A DNA stretch of 64,000 bases. It comes from Candidatus Segatella mututuai (GTDB taxonomy: Bacteria; Bacteroidota; Bacteroidia; Bacteroidales; Bacteroidaceae). The DNA is taken from the NCBI GenBank assembly GCA_002439605.1, contig DJOI01000074.1, forward strand, positions 14,109 through 78,108. Reading direction: 5' to 3'. The notes below the pieces were generated by a model. That model had not been told where the DNA came from. It was given only the letters and a program-made list of their open reading frames with translations, and made no database searches. Below, piece after piece: positions 1 to 10,024 of this stretch. The stretch's first letter is position 1, and each line of letters begins with the position of its first letter. Position numbers and translations under genes: made by a program.

Positions 1-1
1 G

Positions 2-1297
2 CAGACAGACGACACAGAAGAGAAGAAAGAAGATGTAATCACAGTCACCGACAAACAAGGAAACGAGGAAGAGATAGAAGTTCCCGTTGGAATGGAGGAC
101 AACCTCGACAGTCTGCTTCATCTCTATAATGCCAAGGCCTATATGATGCAAGATACATCTTGCAACTATCGCGATGTCAACCCAGTCTTCGACAAAGAGG
201 TTTACATAGATCGACTCAAGCGCCTACCTACCATCATCGAGATGCCTTACAACGATGTGGTACAGAAGTTCATCGACCGCTACAGCGGCAAGTTGCGCCG
301 CTCAGTAAGCTATATGTTGGGAGCAAGCAATTTCTATATGCCCATCTTCGAGGAAGCCTTAGAAGCGTACAACCTTCCCCTCGAGCTCAAATACCTTCCT
401 GTCATCGAGTCTGCCCTTAACCCTACAGCAGTCTCGCGCGTAGGAGCCACAGGCCTCTGGCAGTTCATGATAGGCACAGGCAAACGCTACGGACTGGAGG
501 TTAACTCGCTCATTGACGAGCGTCGCGACCCAGTGAAAGCCTCTTATGCTGCCGCCCACTATCTGAGCGACCTTTATAAGATTTTCGATGACTGGAGTCT
601 CGTCATCGCCGCCTATAATTGTGGCCCCGACAAGGTTAACAAGGCCATTCATCGGGCCAAAGGTTCTGCCGATTACTGGAACATCTATCCCTATCTACCC
701 AAGGAGACACGTGGATATGTGCCAGCCTTCATCGCTGCCAACTACATCATGAACTACTATTGCGACCACAACATCTGTCCCATGATAACCGAGTTGCCTC
801 TCAAGACAGATACAGTAGTTGTCAACAAAGACCTTCATCTGGAGCAGATAGCCCAGGTGCTCAACATCAATATCCAGCACCTACGTAGCCTCAACCCACA
901 ATACCGCCACGACATTGTCAATGGTCTCAACAAGCCTATGACCGTGCGTCTTCCATCCAACCTCATAGGTTCTTTCATCGACCAAGAAGACTCTATCTAC
1001 AACTTCAAAACAGATGAACTTCTGCTCAAGCGTTCCGTCGTAGAAGTCAACCAGCATGAGCCAAAAGTAAGCCGTAGCAGCTATAGCAGTCGCCACCGTT
1101 CATCAGCATCGCGCAGTAAGAGCCACCGGAGCAGAGGGAATAAGAGTAAGCGTAGAGGTAAAAACGTAACCATCAAGAATGGCGACACACTATCAGAGAT
1201 TGCAGCACGCAACCACACCACCGTGGCCAAACTGCGCAAACTCAACAAAATTTCGGGCAACCATATCCGTGCTGGCAAGAAAATCAAGGTAAAGTAA
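2..1297 (+). CDS. mltD: Lytic murein transglycosylase (SLT domain) with C-terminal LysM, MltD-like; 5' end lies outside the window
   Basis: Frame is open from position 2 (QTDDTEEKK...). SLT motifs IESALNP, GATGLWQFM, AAYNCG, LPKETRGYV; LysM motif IKNGDTLSEIA. Confidence 0.9.
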   Translation, partial: QTDDTEEKKEDVITVTDKQGNEEEIEVPVGMEDNLDSLLHLYNAKAYMMQDTSCNYRDVNPVFDKEVYIDRLKRLPTIIEMPYNDVVQKFIDRYSGKLRRSVSYMLGASNFYMPIFEEALEAYNLPLELKYLPVIESALNPTAVSRVGATGLWQFMIGTGKRYGLEVNSLIDERRDPVKASYAAAHYLSDLYKIFDDWSLVIAAYNCGPDKVNKAIHRAKGSADYWNIYPYLPKETRGYVPAFIAANYIMNYYCDHNICPMITELPLKTDTVVVNKDLHLEQIAQVLNINIQHLRSLNPQYRHDIVNGLNKPMTVRLPSNLIGSFIDQEDSIYNFKTDELLLKRSVVEVNQHEPKVSRSSYSSRHRSSASRSKSHRSRGNKSKRRGKNVTIKNGDTLSEIAARNHTTVAKLRKLNKISGNHIRAGKKIKVK

Positions 1298-1363
1298 TAT
1301 ACACATTATTTTGTATATAGAAGTTATTAATCTGACTTACACAAAGCGCAGGAGGCAAGAACT

Positions 1364-3655
1364 ATGATGGACGATCAGAACCTCAAAGACTTAGAGAGAG
1401 AACAGGCCGACAACAAGCTCATTGGCGATGCTTTCCAGCATCTGCTCGACACCTATGTAGCTTCACGTCACCGCAAAAAGGTAGACATTGTCACCAAGGC
1501 GTTCAACTTTGCACGCCAGGCACATAAAGGGGTACGACGCCTGTCGGGAGAGCCTTATATCATGCATCCCATCGCCGTGGCTCAAATAGCCTGCGAGGAG
1601 ATGGGACTGGGCTCCACCAGCATCTGCGCCGCCCTCCTGCACGACGTGGTGGAAGACACCGACTACACAGTAGAAGATATTTCCAACATCTTTGGCGAAA
1701 AGATAGCACAGATTGTCGACGGACTCACAAAAATCAGCGGAGGCATCTTTGGCGACAAGGCCTCTGCACAAGCAGAGAACTTTAAGAAGCTGTTGCTCAC
1801 CATGAGCGACGACATCCGTGTTATCCTCATCAAGATTTGCGACCGACTGCACAACATGCGCACACTCGCCTCGCAGCCTGCCAACAAGCAATACAAAATT
1901 GCTGGCGAGACACTCTACATCTACGCCCCTTTGGCCAACAGACTGGGTCTCAACAAGATAAAGACCGAACTCGAAGACCTAAGCTTCCGCTACGACCATC
2001 CACAAGAATACGCCAACATCGAGCACAAGCTTGCCGACACCGAAGCTCAACGCGACACACTCTTCTCGCAGTTTACACAACCCATCAGGGAGGTACTCGA
2101 CAAGATGGGCATACAATATAAGATAAAGGCACGTGTCAAGAGCCCTTATTCCATTTGGAACAAGATGCAGAACAAGCACGTGAGCTTCGACGAGATATAC
2201 GACATCCTTGCCGTACGCATCATTTTCACGCCCAAGGTAAGAGCCAACGAGGTCAACGAATGCTTCAATATCTACGTGGCCATCAGCCAGATATACAAAA
2301 GCCATCCCGACCGTCTGCGCGACTGGCTCAACCACCCAAAGGCCAACGGCTACCAGGCACTCCACGTCACCCTCATGAGCAAGCAAGGACGCTGGATAGA
2401 GGTGCAGATACGAAGCGACCGCATGGACGAGGTGGCCGAGCAGGGATTTGCCGCCCACTGGAAATACAAGGAGGGTGGAGACGCCGAATACACAGAGGAC
2501 GAGAACGAGCTCAACGACTGGCTGGGCACCATCAAGGAAATTCTCGACGACCCACAGCCCGACGCCATGGACTTCCTCGACGCCATCAAACTCAACCTCT
2601 TTGCCTCAGAAATCTTCGTATTCACACCCAAGGGCGAGATTAAGACCATGCCCGCAGGTTGTACAGCCCTCGACTTTGCCTTCCAGATACACACTTTCTT
2701 GGGCAGCCATTGCATCGGAGCCAAGGTAAACCACAAGTTGGTGCCGCTGAGCCACAAGTTGCAGAGCGGCGACCAAGTGGAAATCCTCATCAGCAAGAGC
2801 CAGCACGTGCAACCATCGTGGATCAATTTCGTGAGCACAGCCAAGGCCAAGAGCAAGATACAAGCCATCCTGAGACGCAACAACCGCGAGATACAGAAGA
2901 AGGGCGAAGATATACTGAACGAATGGCTCAAGAAGAATGGCTTTGAGGCCAACAACTCCGTCCTCGACAAGCTCTGCGACTATCACCACATACAGAAACA
3001 CGAGAACTTCTTCCAGGCCTTGGGCGACCACTGCATCCTGCTCGGCGAGAAAGACATCGACGAGTTGCACGGCAAGAACAAGAAGGAGAAAACAACCAGT
3101 AGCTGGCGTAGCTACATCCCCTTCCTCGGCAAGAGCAAGGACAAACAATCCGAAGAAAAGGACGCCCAACCACAGCAGCTCATGGTGGTGGGCAAAGATT
3201 TCAACAAAAAGAAGCCCCTCATCATCACCGAGGAGAACATTTCGCAGTTCATCTTCCCCCCATGTTGCCATGCTATCCCCGGTGACGACATCATGGGCTA
3301 CATCGACAACAAGAACCGCATCGAGATACACAAACGTTCATGCCAAGTGGCTGCCAAACTCAAGTCGAGCTTCGGCAATCGTATCGTCGATGCCAAATGG
3401 CAGATGCATAAATCCATGTTCTTCGATGCCACCATCGAGATAGAGGGCATCGACCGCAAGGGGTTGCTGCTCGACGTGAGTCGTGTAATCAGCGACCAAC
3501 TCAACGTCAACATACACAAACTCACCATCAGCAGCGACAATGGCATCTTCGACGGCAGTATCGAAATCAGAATTCACGACCGCGACGACGTCAAGGTCAT
3601 CATGGACAAGCTAAAGACCATCGACGGTCTGCAGGATGTACAGCGCATCCTGTAA
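1364..3655 (+). CDS. rel: Bifunctional (p)ppGpp synthetase/hydrolase, RelA/SpoT family
   Basis: HD hydrolase motifs (RLSGEPYIMHP, LHDVVED), synthetase motifs (KANGYQALH, EVQIRS), TGS domain (FTPKG...GAKVN), C-terminal ACT domain. Confidence 0.95.
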   Translation: MMDDQNLKDLEREQADNKLIGDAFQHLLDTYVASRHRKKVDIVTKAFNFARQAHKGVRRLSGEPYIMHPIAVAQIACEEMGLGSTSICAALLHDVVEDTDYTVEDISNIFGEKIAQIVDGLTKISGGIFGDKASAQAENFKKLLLTMSDDIRVILIKICDRLHNMRTLASQPANKQYKIAGETLYIYAPLANRLGLNKIKTELEDLSFRYDHPQEYANIEHKLADTEAQRDTLFSQFTQPIREVLDKMGIQYKIKARVKSPYSIWNKMQNKHVSFDEIYDILAVRIIFTPKVRANEVNECFNIYVAISQIYKSHPDRLRDWLNHPKANGYQALHVTLMSKQGRWIEVQIRSDRMDEVAEQGFAAHWKYKEGGDAEYTEDENELNDWLGTIKEILDDPQPDAMDFLDAIKLNLFASEIFVFTPKGEIKTMPAGCTALDFAFQIHTFLGSHCIGAKVNHKLVPLSHKLQSGDQVEILISKSQHVQPSWINFVSTAKAKSKIQAILRRNNREIQKKGEDILNEWLKKNGFEANNSVLDKLCDYHHIQKHENFFQALGDHCILLGEKDIDELHGKNKKEKTTSSWRSYIPFLGKSKDKQSEEKDAQPQQLMVVGKDFNKKKPLIITEENISQFIFPPCCHAIPGDDIMGYIDNKNRIEIHKRSCQVAAKLKSSFGNRIVDAKWQMHKSMFFDATIEIEGIDRKGLLLDVSRVISDQLNVNIHKLTISSDNGIFDGSIEIRIHDRDDVKVIMDKLKTIDGLQDVQRIL

Positions 3656-3699
3656 TTCCACACAAGACTAAACAATATAAACAATACAAAAAAACGACA

Positions 3700-4689
3700 A
3701 TGAAAAAACTAATCCTGTCTATTCTCACCACGTTGGCTTTCCTCCCGGTGCTGGCAGCCAACAAGTACGACAACCCCGATACCCTCTTCGTATCGCGCGA
3801 CGGCACCTGCGAGTTCCGCACCATCGACGAAGCCATAGAGGTGTGCCGTGCCTTCATGGACTACACCAAAGTCATCTATGTCAAGAAAGGCGTATACAAG
3901 GAGAAGCTTATCATCCCATCATGGCTTACCCATATCACCATCTGCGGCGAAGACCGCGACCAGACCATCATCACCTGGGACGACCACGCCAACATCAAGA
4001 TGCCAATAGGCGGACTCGACTCAGAGGCTTCTGCCAAAGGCAAGCCCATGGGCACTTTCCGCACCTATACCCTGAAGGTTCAGGGCAGCTATATCACCCT
4101 AAAGAACATCACCATAGAGAACAACGCCGCACGGCTTGGACAGGCTGTAGCCTTGCACACCGAGGGCGACCATATTCTCGTGCAGAACTGCCGGCTCTTG
4201 GGCAACCAGGACACCGTATACACTGGTGTCGCCGGCACACGCATTGCCTTTTACGACTGCTACATCGAGGGAACTACCGACTTCATCTTTGGCCCTTCCA
4301 TCGCTTGGTTCGAGAACTGCGAAATCCACAGCAAGGCCAACAGCTACATCACAGCAGCCTCAACACCAGCAGGCCAGCAGTATGGCTACATTTTCCACAA
4401 ATGTCGCCTCACCGCCTCGCCCGAAGCCACCCAGGTTTATCTCGGCCGTCCATGGCGTCCATACGCCTACACACTCTTCATCGATTGCGAAATGGGTAAC
4501 CACATCCGCCCTGCAGGCTGGCACAACTGGGGCAAGGAAAGCAACGAGAAGACCGCCCGCTACTACGAGTACGGCAACCATGGCCCCGGTGCTTCCACCA
4601 AGGCTCGCGCCCCCTGGAGCCATCAGCTCAGCAAGAAGGAAGCCGCACGCATCACCATCGCCAATGTCTTCGGCGAAGACTGTTGGTAA
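3700..4689 (+). CDS. Pectinesterase (CE8 pectin methylesterase) with signal peptide
   Basis: GVYKE, QAVAL, GNQDTVY, DFIFG and LGRPW motifs; N-terminal signal peptide. Confidence 0.9.
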   Translation: MKKLILSILTTLAFLPVLAANKYDNPDTLFVSRDGTCEFRTIDEAIEVCRAFMDYTKVIYVKKGVYKEKLIIPSWLTHITICGEDRDQTIITWDDHANIKMPIGGLDSEASAKGKPMGTFRTYTLKVQGSYITLKNITIENNAARLGQAVALHTEGDHILVQNCRLLGNQDTVYTGVAGTRIAFYDCYIEGTTDFIFGPSIAWFENCEIHSKANSYITAASTPAGQQYGYIFHKCRLTASPEATQVYLGRPWRPYAYTLFIDCEMGNHIRPAGWHNWGKESNEKTARYYEYGNHGPGASTKARAPWSHQLSKKEAARITIANVFGEDCW

Positions 4690-4715
4690 AACGCAGTTCT
4701 GAAAACCAAAAGAAA

Positions 4716-4766
4716 AAAGGAAAACTTATGCGAAGAACCTTAACAGAGAACCGCAAGTTTTCCTTT
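4716..4766 (+). terminator. Stem-loop between pectinesterase and licD
   Basis: 12-bp perfect inverted repeat AAAGGAAAACTT / AAGTTTTCCTTT. Confidence 0.5.
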
Positions 4767-4791
4767 CCTATAACAACACGACGAAGAAATA

Positions 4792-5667
4792 ATGGACATT
4801 AAGAACATAAAGAAAGAATGGAACGCAACCATTCTCGACATTCTGAAGGCTTTCATCAACATTTGCCACACACATAATCTGCGCTACTACTGCTGCGCAG
4901 GAACAGCCATCGGAGCCGTGCGACACCATGGAATGATACCCTGGGACGACGACATCGACGTCATTATGCCGCGCCCCGACTATGACCGCTTCCTCGAGAT
5001 GGCACGCCATGAGGATTTCGGCAACTATGAAGTAGTAACGCCCTACAACAATGCCCGTTACCCACTCTATTTCTCCAAGTTAGTAAACAAGAACACGACT
5101 CTCATCGAGGAGAAAGAACGCCCCTGCGTCATCGGGCTCTTCATCGACATCTTTCCGCTCGATGCCACTGCCGACGATGTGGAACAGGCCAAGATGCTGC
5201 AGCGCAAATACGTGAAGTACATCAATTGCCTCAACGCCATTTCCACCCGCAACACCTTCGGCGAATACCTGGTGCTGCTCACTCAGCGCAAGACGTGGGG
5301 ACGCTTCGTCGTCAAGACTGCAGCCTATTTCTTTCGCAACCTCATGCGCCAACATTTCATCACGAAGATGGATCGCCTGAGCCATCTCTACGACTTCGAC
5401 AAGGCACAGAACGTACAGGTTTACACAGGCTCCTATCACGAGCGCGAGATTTTCCCCAAGGCATGGCTTGGGGCAGGCAAGCTGTTCCCCTTCGAAGACA
5501 CCACTGTCCTACTGCCTGCCGAATACGACAAGTATCTAAGCCACTTTTTCGGCGACTACATGCAACTGCCTCCCGCAGAACAGCGAGTGGAAAAGCACCT
5601 ACGCTACTACCTCAACATGGATAAAAGGGAAACATGGAAGGAGATTTCGAAAAAGATAAGAAAGTAA
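4792..5667 (+). CDS. licD: LicD-family nucleotidyl-diphospho-alcohol phosphotransferase
   Basis: GTAIGAVRHHGMIPWDDDIDVIMPRPDY, IDIFPLD and YL..FGDYMQLPP motifs. Confidence 0.92.
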   Translation: MDIKNIKKEWNATILDILKAFINICHTHNLRYYCCAGTAIGAVRHHGMIPWDDDIDVIMPRPDYDRFLEMARHEDFGNYEVVTPYNNARYPLYFSKLVNKNTTLIEEKERPCVIGLFIDIFPLDATADDVEQAKMLQRKYVKYINCLNAISTRNTFGEYLVLLTQRKTWGRFVVKTAAYFFRNLMRQHFITKMDRLSHLYDFDKAQNVQVYTGSYHEREIFPKAWLGAGKLFPFEDTTVLLPAEYDKYLSHFFGDYMQLPPAEQRVEKHLRYYLNMDKRETWKEISKKIRK

Positions 5668-5701
5668 GAATCTACTTCCGGAACTTGAATAAAGAATGCT
5701 T

Positions 5702-6772
5702 TTATCTTACGCCCATCCTGTCTACTACGCTCTTCATTGTATGCTCGAAACCTTTCTCCACATCCCAGAGAGGTTTCCAGCCCAAAGCCTTCAGTTTGTC
5801 GGTATTGAAAGTCGCCTTGGTAATAGGAGTCGTATTGCCTTTCCTCACATCGTCCTCTGCTATGTCAAACACCACCTTGCGGTTAGCCTTCCTTGCAATC
5901 AACTCGGCTAACTCACGAATAGAGATGTTAGCCTCCGAATTCGCCACATTATAAGCATTCCCCCTCTCGCCATCGAGCAAGAGGCGCAGAATGGCATGAG
6001 CCGCATCCACGACATAAAGCCACGACCGGAATGCCTCGCCATGACTCTTCAGCACAATATCCTCGCCACGCAACACGTTGCGGATAAACTGGGCATACAC
6101 CCTGTTGTCACTCTCAGTGAAGCCAGGACCGTAAGTATGGCTCAACCGGGCTATGACGACATCTGCGCCATATTCCTCACCATAGGCCATACAGAGCGTT
6201 TCGGCGGCACGCTTCGACGATGGATAACAAGCCCTCACCGAGGCACAGTCCACATAACCGCTACTCGTCTCTGAAAACTCTTTTCCATCGCCCTCACCAT
6301 AAACCTCGCCCGAAGAGATGTAAACCATGCGTTTCATGCCATGGCTCAAACCAAACTCCATCAAGTGGGCGACACCGTCAAAGTTCGCTTTCATCACCTC
6401 CACAGGTTTTCCACGGAAAAAGTTAGGACTCGCACTGCTCGCCGCATCGATGATAAAGTCTGCTCCATGCGCCAACAGCCCATGAGCCTCACTCTGTTCG
6501 TCCATAGGCTGCGTAACATCCATCTCTACAAAGCCAAAGTCAGCCTTTTCCAAGTAAGCAGCAAATTTCATTTTGGCACGTTGCCTGTTACGTCCTGCCG
6601 CCACAACCCTGTAACCTCTGTCAGGATTCAGCATCAGCACGTCGACCACGCAACTTCCTATCAGTCCTGTGGCACCCACTACGAGTATCGTCTTCCCATC
6701 AAGACGCTTCAAGTCGAGCCCCTCGTCGAAGAGACGCTCCACATCTATCCTGTATCTTGTACTTTCCGACAT
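5702..6772 (-). CDS. NAD-dependent epimerase/dehydratase (extended SDR), probable CDP-ketose reductase
   Basis: GATGLIG Rossmann motif, SSGEVYG, catalytic YPSSK. ATG at 6772 preferred over the upstream TTG. Confidence 0.85.
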   Translation of the reverse strand: MSESTRYRIDVERLFDEGLDLKRLDGKTILVVGATGLIGSCVVDVLMLNPDRGYRVVAAGRNRQRAKMKFAAYLEKADFGFVEMDVTQPMDEQSEAHGLLAHGADFIIDAASSASPNFFRGKPVEVMKANFDGVAHLMEFGLSHGMKRMVYISSGEVYGEGDGKEFSETSSGYVDCASVRACYPSSKRAAETLCMAYGEEYGADVVIARLSHTYGPGFTESDNRVYAQFIRNVLRGEDIVLKSHGEAFRSWLYVVDAAHAILRLLLDGERGNAYNVANSEANISIRELAELIARKANRKVVFDIAEDDVRKGNTTPITKATFNTDKLKALGWKPLWDVEKGFEHTMKSVVDRMGVR

Positions 6773-6847
6773 TGCTATATGAATTTGATCGTTGACACGC
6801 AGACCCAAAGCAAGAGATATCCTTCTCGTCCAGCCGACCTGATATTT

Positions 6848-7564
6848 TCACTTAATCCATTCCTCCGGCTGTACCTTCATCAGCGCCTTGAGAATCTCGA
6901 GGTCCTCCACGGTTGTAATCTTGATGTTTTTCTCCGATCCCGGTACGATATGCATCTTCCTGCCGCCCAGCTCAGCCATCAGCGTACACGACGCCACCGA
7001 GTTGTCGATGCCCTTTGCCTTGGCCTCCTCGTGTGCAGCAATCAAGTTGCCTAACCGGAACGTCTGTGGTGTCTGGGTGCGAATCAACTTATCACGTGGA
7101 ATACTCGCTGTCGCGGTAAACCCGTCCTCACTCTCCAGGATTGCCTCACGACACTTGATGCCCGTAATCGCACAACCGTACTTCTGGCAAACGGCGATGT
7201 TGGAAGAGATGATGTCCTGCGAGAGCAGAGGTCGCACCGCATCATGCACCAGCACCAGGTCGTCGTCACCACACCCCGCCTCTTTCAGACCGTAGATGCC
7301 ATTGTGTATCGACTCCTGTCCGTTGGCTCCTCCTGGAAAAATCCACTTCAACTTGGTAATACAAAACTGGTTGGCATACGACTGCAGCACCGTTTCCCAT
7401 CCTGCCAGGCACACCACGGCGATTCCCTGAATGTCGGGATGCTTCTGAAATGCCATCATCGTATGAATGATTATCGGGCAATTATCCACGTGCATAAACT
7501 GTTTGGGGATGTCCTGACCCATTCTGTTGCCAGAACCACCAGCTATAATAAGAGCATAGTTCAT
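6848..7564 (-). CDS. IspD/TarI-family cytidylyltransferase
   Basis: AGGSGNRMGQDIPKQF, HDAVRP, QTPQTF and NIKITTVEDL motifs. ATG at 7564. Confidence 0.9.
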   Translation of the reverse strand: MNYALIIAGGSGNRMGQDIPKQFMHVDNCPIIIHTMMAFQKHPDIQGIAVVCLAGWETVLQSYANQFCITKLKWIFPGGANGQESIHNGIYGLKEAGCGDDDLVLVHDAVRPLLSQDIISSNIAVCQKYGCAITGIKCREAILESEDGFTATASIPRDKLIRTQTPQTFRLGNLIAAHEEAKAKGIDNSVASCTLMAELGGRKMHIVPGSEKNIKITTVEDLEILKALMKVQPEEWIK

Positions 7565-7752
7565 ATCGTTTATTCTTTTAGTCCATGTATGCGAGAACAT
7601 GCTCCATGCAAGTTCTCATGGTGCAAAGATACAAAAAATAAAGCAACTACTTCCCTTTTCGTAAAAAACTATGTATCATTTCTTGATTTCTTCTTCATAA
7701 GAAGACCAACAAACACAAGAGCTACAGGCCTATCATAGGCGACAACAATGCA

Positions 7753-7836
7753 CCCCTACTACCGACCGAGCCTTGCCCCTACTACCGACCGAGCCTCGCC
7801 CCTACTACCGACCAAGCCTCGCCCCTACTACCGACC
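7753..7836. repeat. 23-bp tandem repeat (minisatellite), about 3.6 copies of CCCCTACTACCGACCRAGCCTYG
   Basis: Units start at 7753, 7776, 7799 and 7822. Confidence 0.95.
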
Positions 7837-7837
7837 C

Positions 7838-7870
7838 CCTTATAACGGCTATAAAATGCTGTTATAAAGG
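7838..7870. terminator. Hairpin just downstream of the P-type ATPase stop
   Basis: CCTTATAACGGC...GCTGTTATAAAGG imperfect inverted repeat. Confidence 0.45.
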
Positions 7871-7878
7871 CATTGTAC

Positions 7879-9807
7879 TCACGCCCACCTCAGCCTTAGC
7901 GAGTTGAGCACTACGCTCAGGCTCGAACAAGCCATCAGACCACTTGCCCACATGGGTGTAATCTGGAAGTTGATGCCAAAGATATGGAGTGCTCCTGCCG
8001 CCAATGGAATGCACACAAGGTTATAGACAAAAGCCCAGAAAAGGTTTTGCCATATCATACCCACGGTCTTTCGACTCAGCGCAACGGCATCGGGAAGCGC
8101 CATCAAATCATCGCCCATGAGCGTCACCTGAGCCACGTCCATCGCGACATCGGTTCCTCGCCCCATAGCGATACTCACATCTGCCAGGGCAAGGGCCTGC
8201 GTGTCGTTGATGCCGTCGCCCACCATTGCTACTCGCTTGCCTTGCTGCTGCAAAGCCTTCACCAAAGCCTGTTTGTCACCAGGCAACACCTTGCTACGAT
8301 AGTTATCGATACCGGCTTCCCGAGCCCAGTAACCGACAGCTTCCTCCTTGTCACCACTCATCATGTACACCTCGATGCCCTCTTTCCGAAGAGCTTGTAT
8401 GGCTTCCTTTGCATGGGGCTTGAGCGTCTCGCGTGCCTGCAGAGGCAGTTGGTCTTGGCGGGTGAAATCAATGTTGGGGTTAGGAATGGTGAGCGTTCCC
8501 GTCTTATCGATAACGAGGGTGTCCACCTTTCTGAGATTCTCCAAAGCCGATGCGTCCTTGATGAGGATTTGCTTCTGAGCCGCCTTTCCTATGCCAACCA
8601 TCAAGGCTGTAGGAGTTGCCAGTCCCATGGCACAAGGACAGGCGATGACCAAAACTGCCACAGTCGACAGAATGGCTTGTGGTAGTGCATCGTTTCCCTC
8701 TATAGCCCACCAGACTAAAAAGGTGACAAGGGAGATGGCTGTCACTACGGGAACAAAGACCATGGCAGCCTTGTCGACGATTCGCTGCACCGGAGCCTTG
8801 CTGCTCTGCGCCTGCTGCACCATGCGTATGATGTGGGCCAGGGCTGTGTCCTCACCTATCTGGCGGGCTTTCATCCGCAACTTTCCCTGACTCGGGATAG
8901 TACCCGCCAGCACCTGGTCGCCCGCCTTCTTCATGGCAGGAGTTGGCTCGCCACTTATCATCGCCTCGTCCACGTAAGCAGCATCGGCAGTCATGAGGCT
9001 CTCCGCCTCGGTCACCACTCCGTCTACAGGAATTTTCTCGCCAGCGCGCACTTCTATAGTATCGCCTGGCTGAATGGTTGAAATGGGCACTTCCTCCATC
9101 TTGTAATCGCCGGGGGTACCCGTTTCCTCACGAGTCACCAATCTGGCTGTCTTGGGCTGCATGCCCATCAGTTGGCGTATGCTGTTGGCGGTGCTGTCCT
9201 TGGCCTTTTCCTCTAAGCACCTGCCCGTCAGCACAAAGGTGACAATCATCACGGAAGCATCAAAATAAGTATGCCATTCCATGCCCCGTGTGCCCCATAC
9301 GGCATCGCCCCAAAAGGTGTTGAACGCACTGAAGAAGAAAGCTATCAAGGTACTGAGCGCCACCAGCGAATCCATGTTGGCTGTATGGTGAGCGAGTTGT
9401 TTGCAGGCTGAGCTGTAGAACTGTCGACCACAGAATAACATATTGGCAAGAGCCAGAAGTAAGCACACCTGATGGGAAAAGCTGTCGTCCCGGGTCATGG
9501 AAAAGTACATGGTGAGGGCAGCAAAGAGCCATGACGCAAGGGTTCGGCGGCGCAACAGCGTGAACTCGCGTCGGTTGATTTCCTCCGCATTTCTGTCGCG
9601 CTCTATGACAAGGTCGTAACCAGCGTTGCTCACCTCGCGCTTCATGTCTTCGACCGAGATGATTTCGGGATTATAGTCTATTAAAGCAGTGCGGTTGGCA
9701 AGAGAAACCGAAACCGAGTTGATGCCTTTGAGTGATCGGAGCTTCTCCTCCACATGAGCCGAGCAAACGCTACACGCCATGCCTATCACAGGTATTGTTT
9801 TCCTCAT
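7879..9807 (-). CDS. copA: Heavy-metal (Cu+-type, P1B-1) P-type ATPase, apparently lacking the N domain
   Basis: N-terminal HMA (GMACSVC), A-domain ISGEP, transmembrane CPC, DKTGTLT, MSGD, GDGIND, YN and MxxSS in the last helices. Confidence 0.9.
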   Translation of the reverse strand: MRKTIPVIGMACSVCSAHVEEKLRSLKGINSVSVSLANRTALIDYNPEIISVEDMKREVSNAGYDLVIERDRNAEEINRREFTLLRRRTLASWLFAALTMYFSMTRDDSFSHQVCLLLALANMLFCGRQFYSSACKQLAHHTANMDSLVALSTLIAFFFSAFNTFWGDAVWGTRGMEWHTYFDASVMIVTFVLTGRCLEEKAKDSTANSIRQLMGMQPKTARLVTREETGTPGDYKMEEVPISTIQPGDTIEVRAGEKIPVDGVVTEAESLMTADAAYVDEAMISGEPTPAMKKAGDQVLAGTIPSQGKLRMKARQIGEDTALAHIIRMVQQAQSSKAPVQRIVDKAAMVFVPVVTAISLVTFLVWWAIEGNDALPQAILSTVAVLVIACPCAMGLATPTALMVGIGKAAQKQILIKDASALENLRKVDTLVIDKTGTLTIPNPNIDFTRQDQLPLQARETLKPHAKEAIQALRKEGIEVYMMSGDKEEAVGYWAREAGIDNYRSKVLPGDKQALVKALQQQGKRVAMVGDGINDTQALALADVSIAMGRGTDVAMDVAQVTLMGDDLMALPDAVALSRKTVGMIWQNLFWAFVYNLVCIPLAAGALHIFGINFQITPMWASGLMACSSLSVVLNSLRLRWA

Positions 9808-10024
9808 TTTTCTTCTTTGGTATATGTATATGTATTAGAAACTCATATTGCTCACAAATATTCACTTATGCAAAGGTACGAAGATTATTTGTGCCATGAA
9901 CGATACAAAACGAAGATTTAGAAAAAATTAGTAGAGATTCCTCCGCACATCGGACATGAAGAATGGCGAAGAAACAGTCTTGTACGTCGAGGCATAAATT
10001 GTGCCCACTGCCACACATATCGAC

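Noticed and set aside
7753..7836. CRISPR array
   Set aside because: Units are contiguous with no unique spacers, and there are no cas genes.
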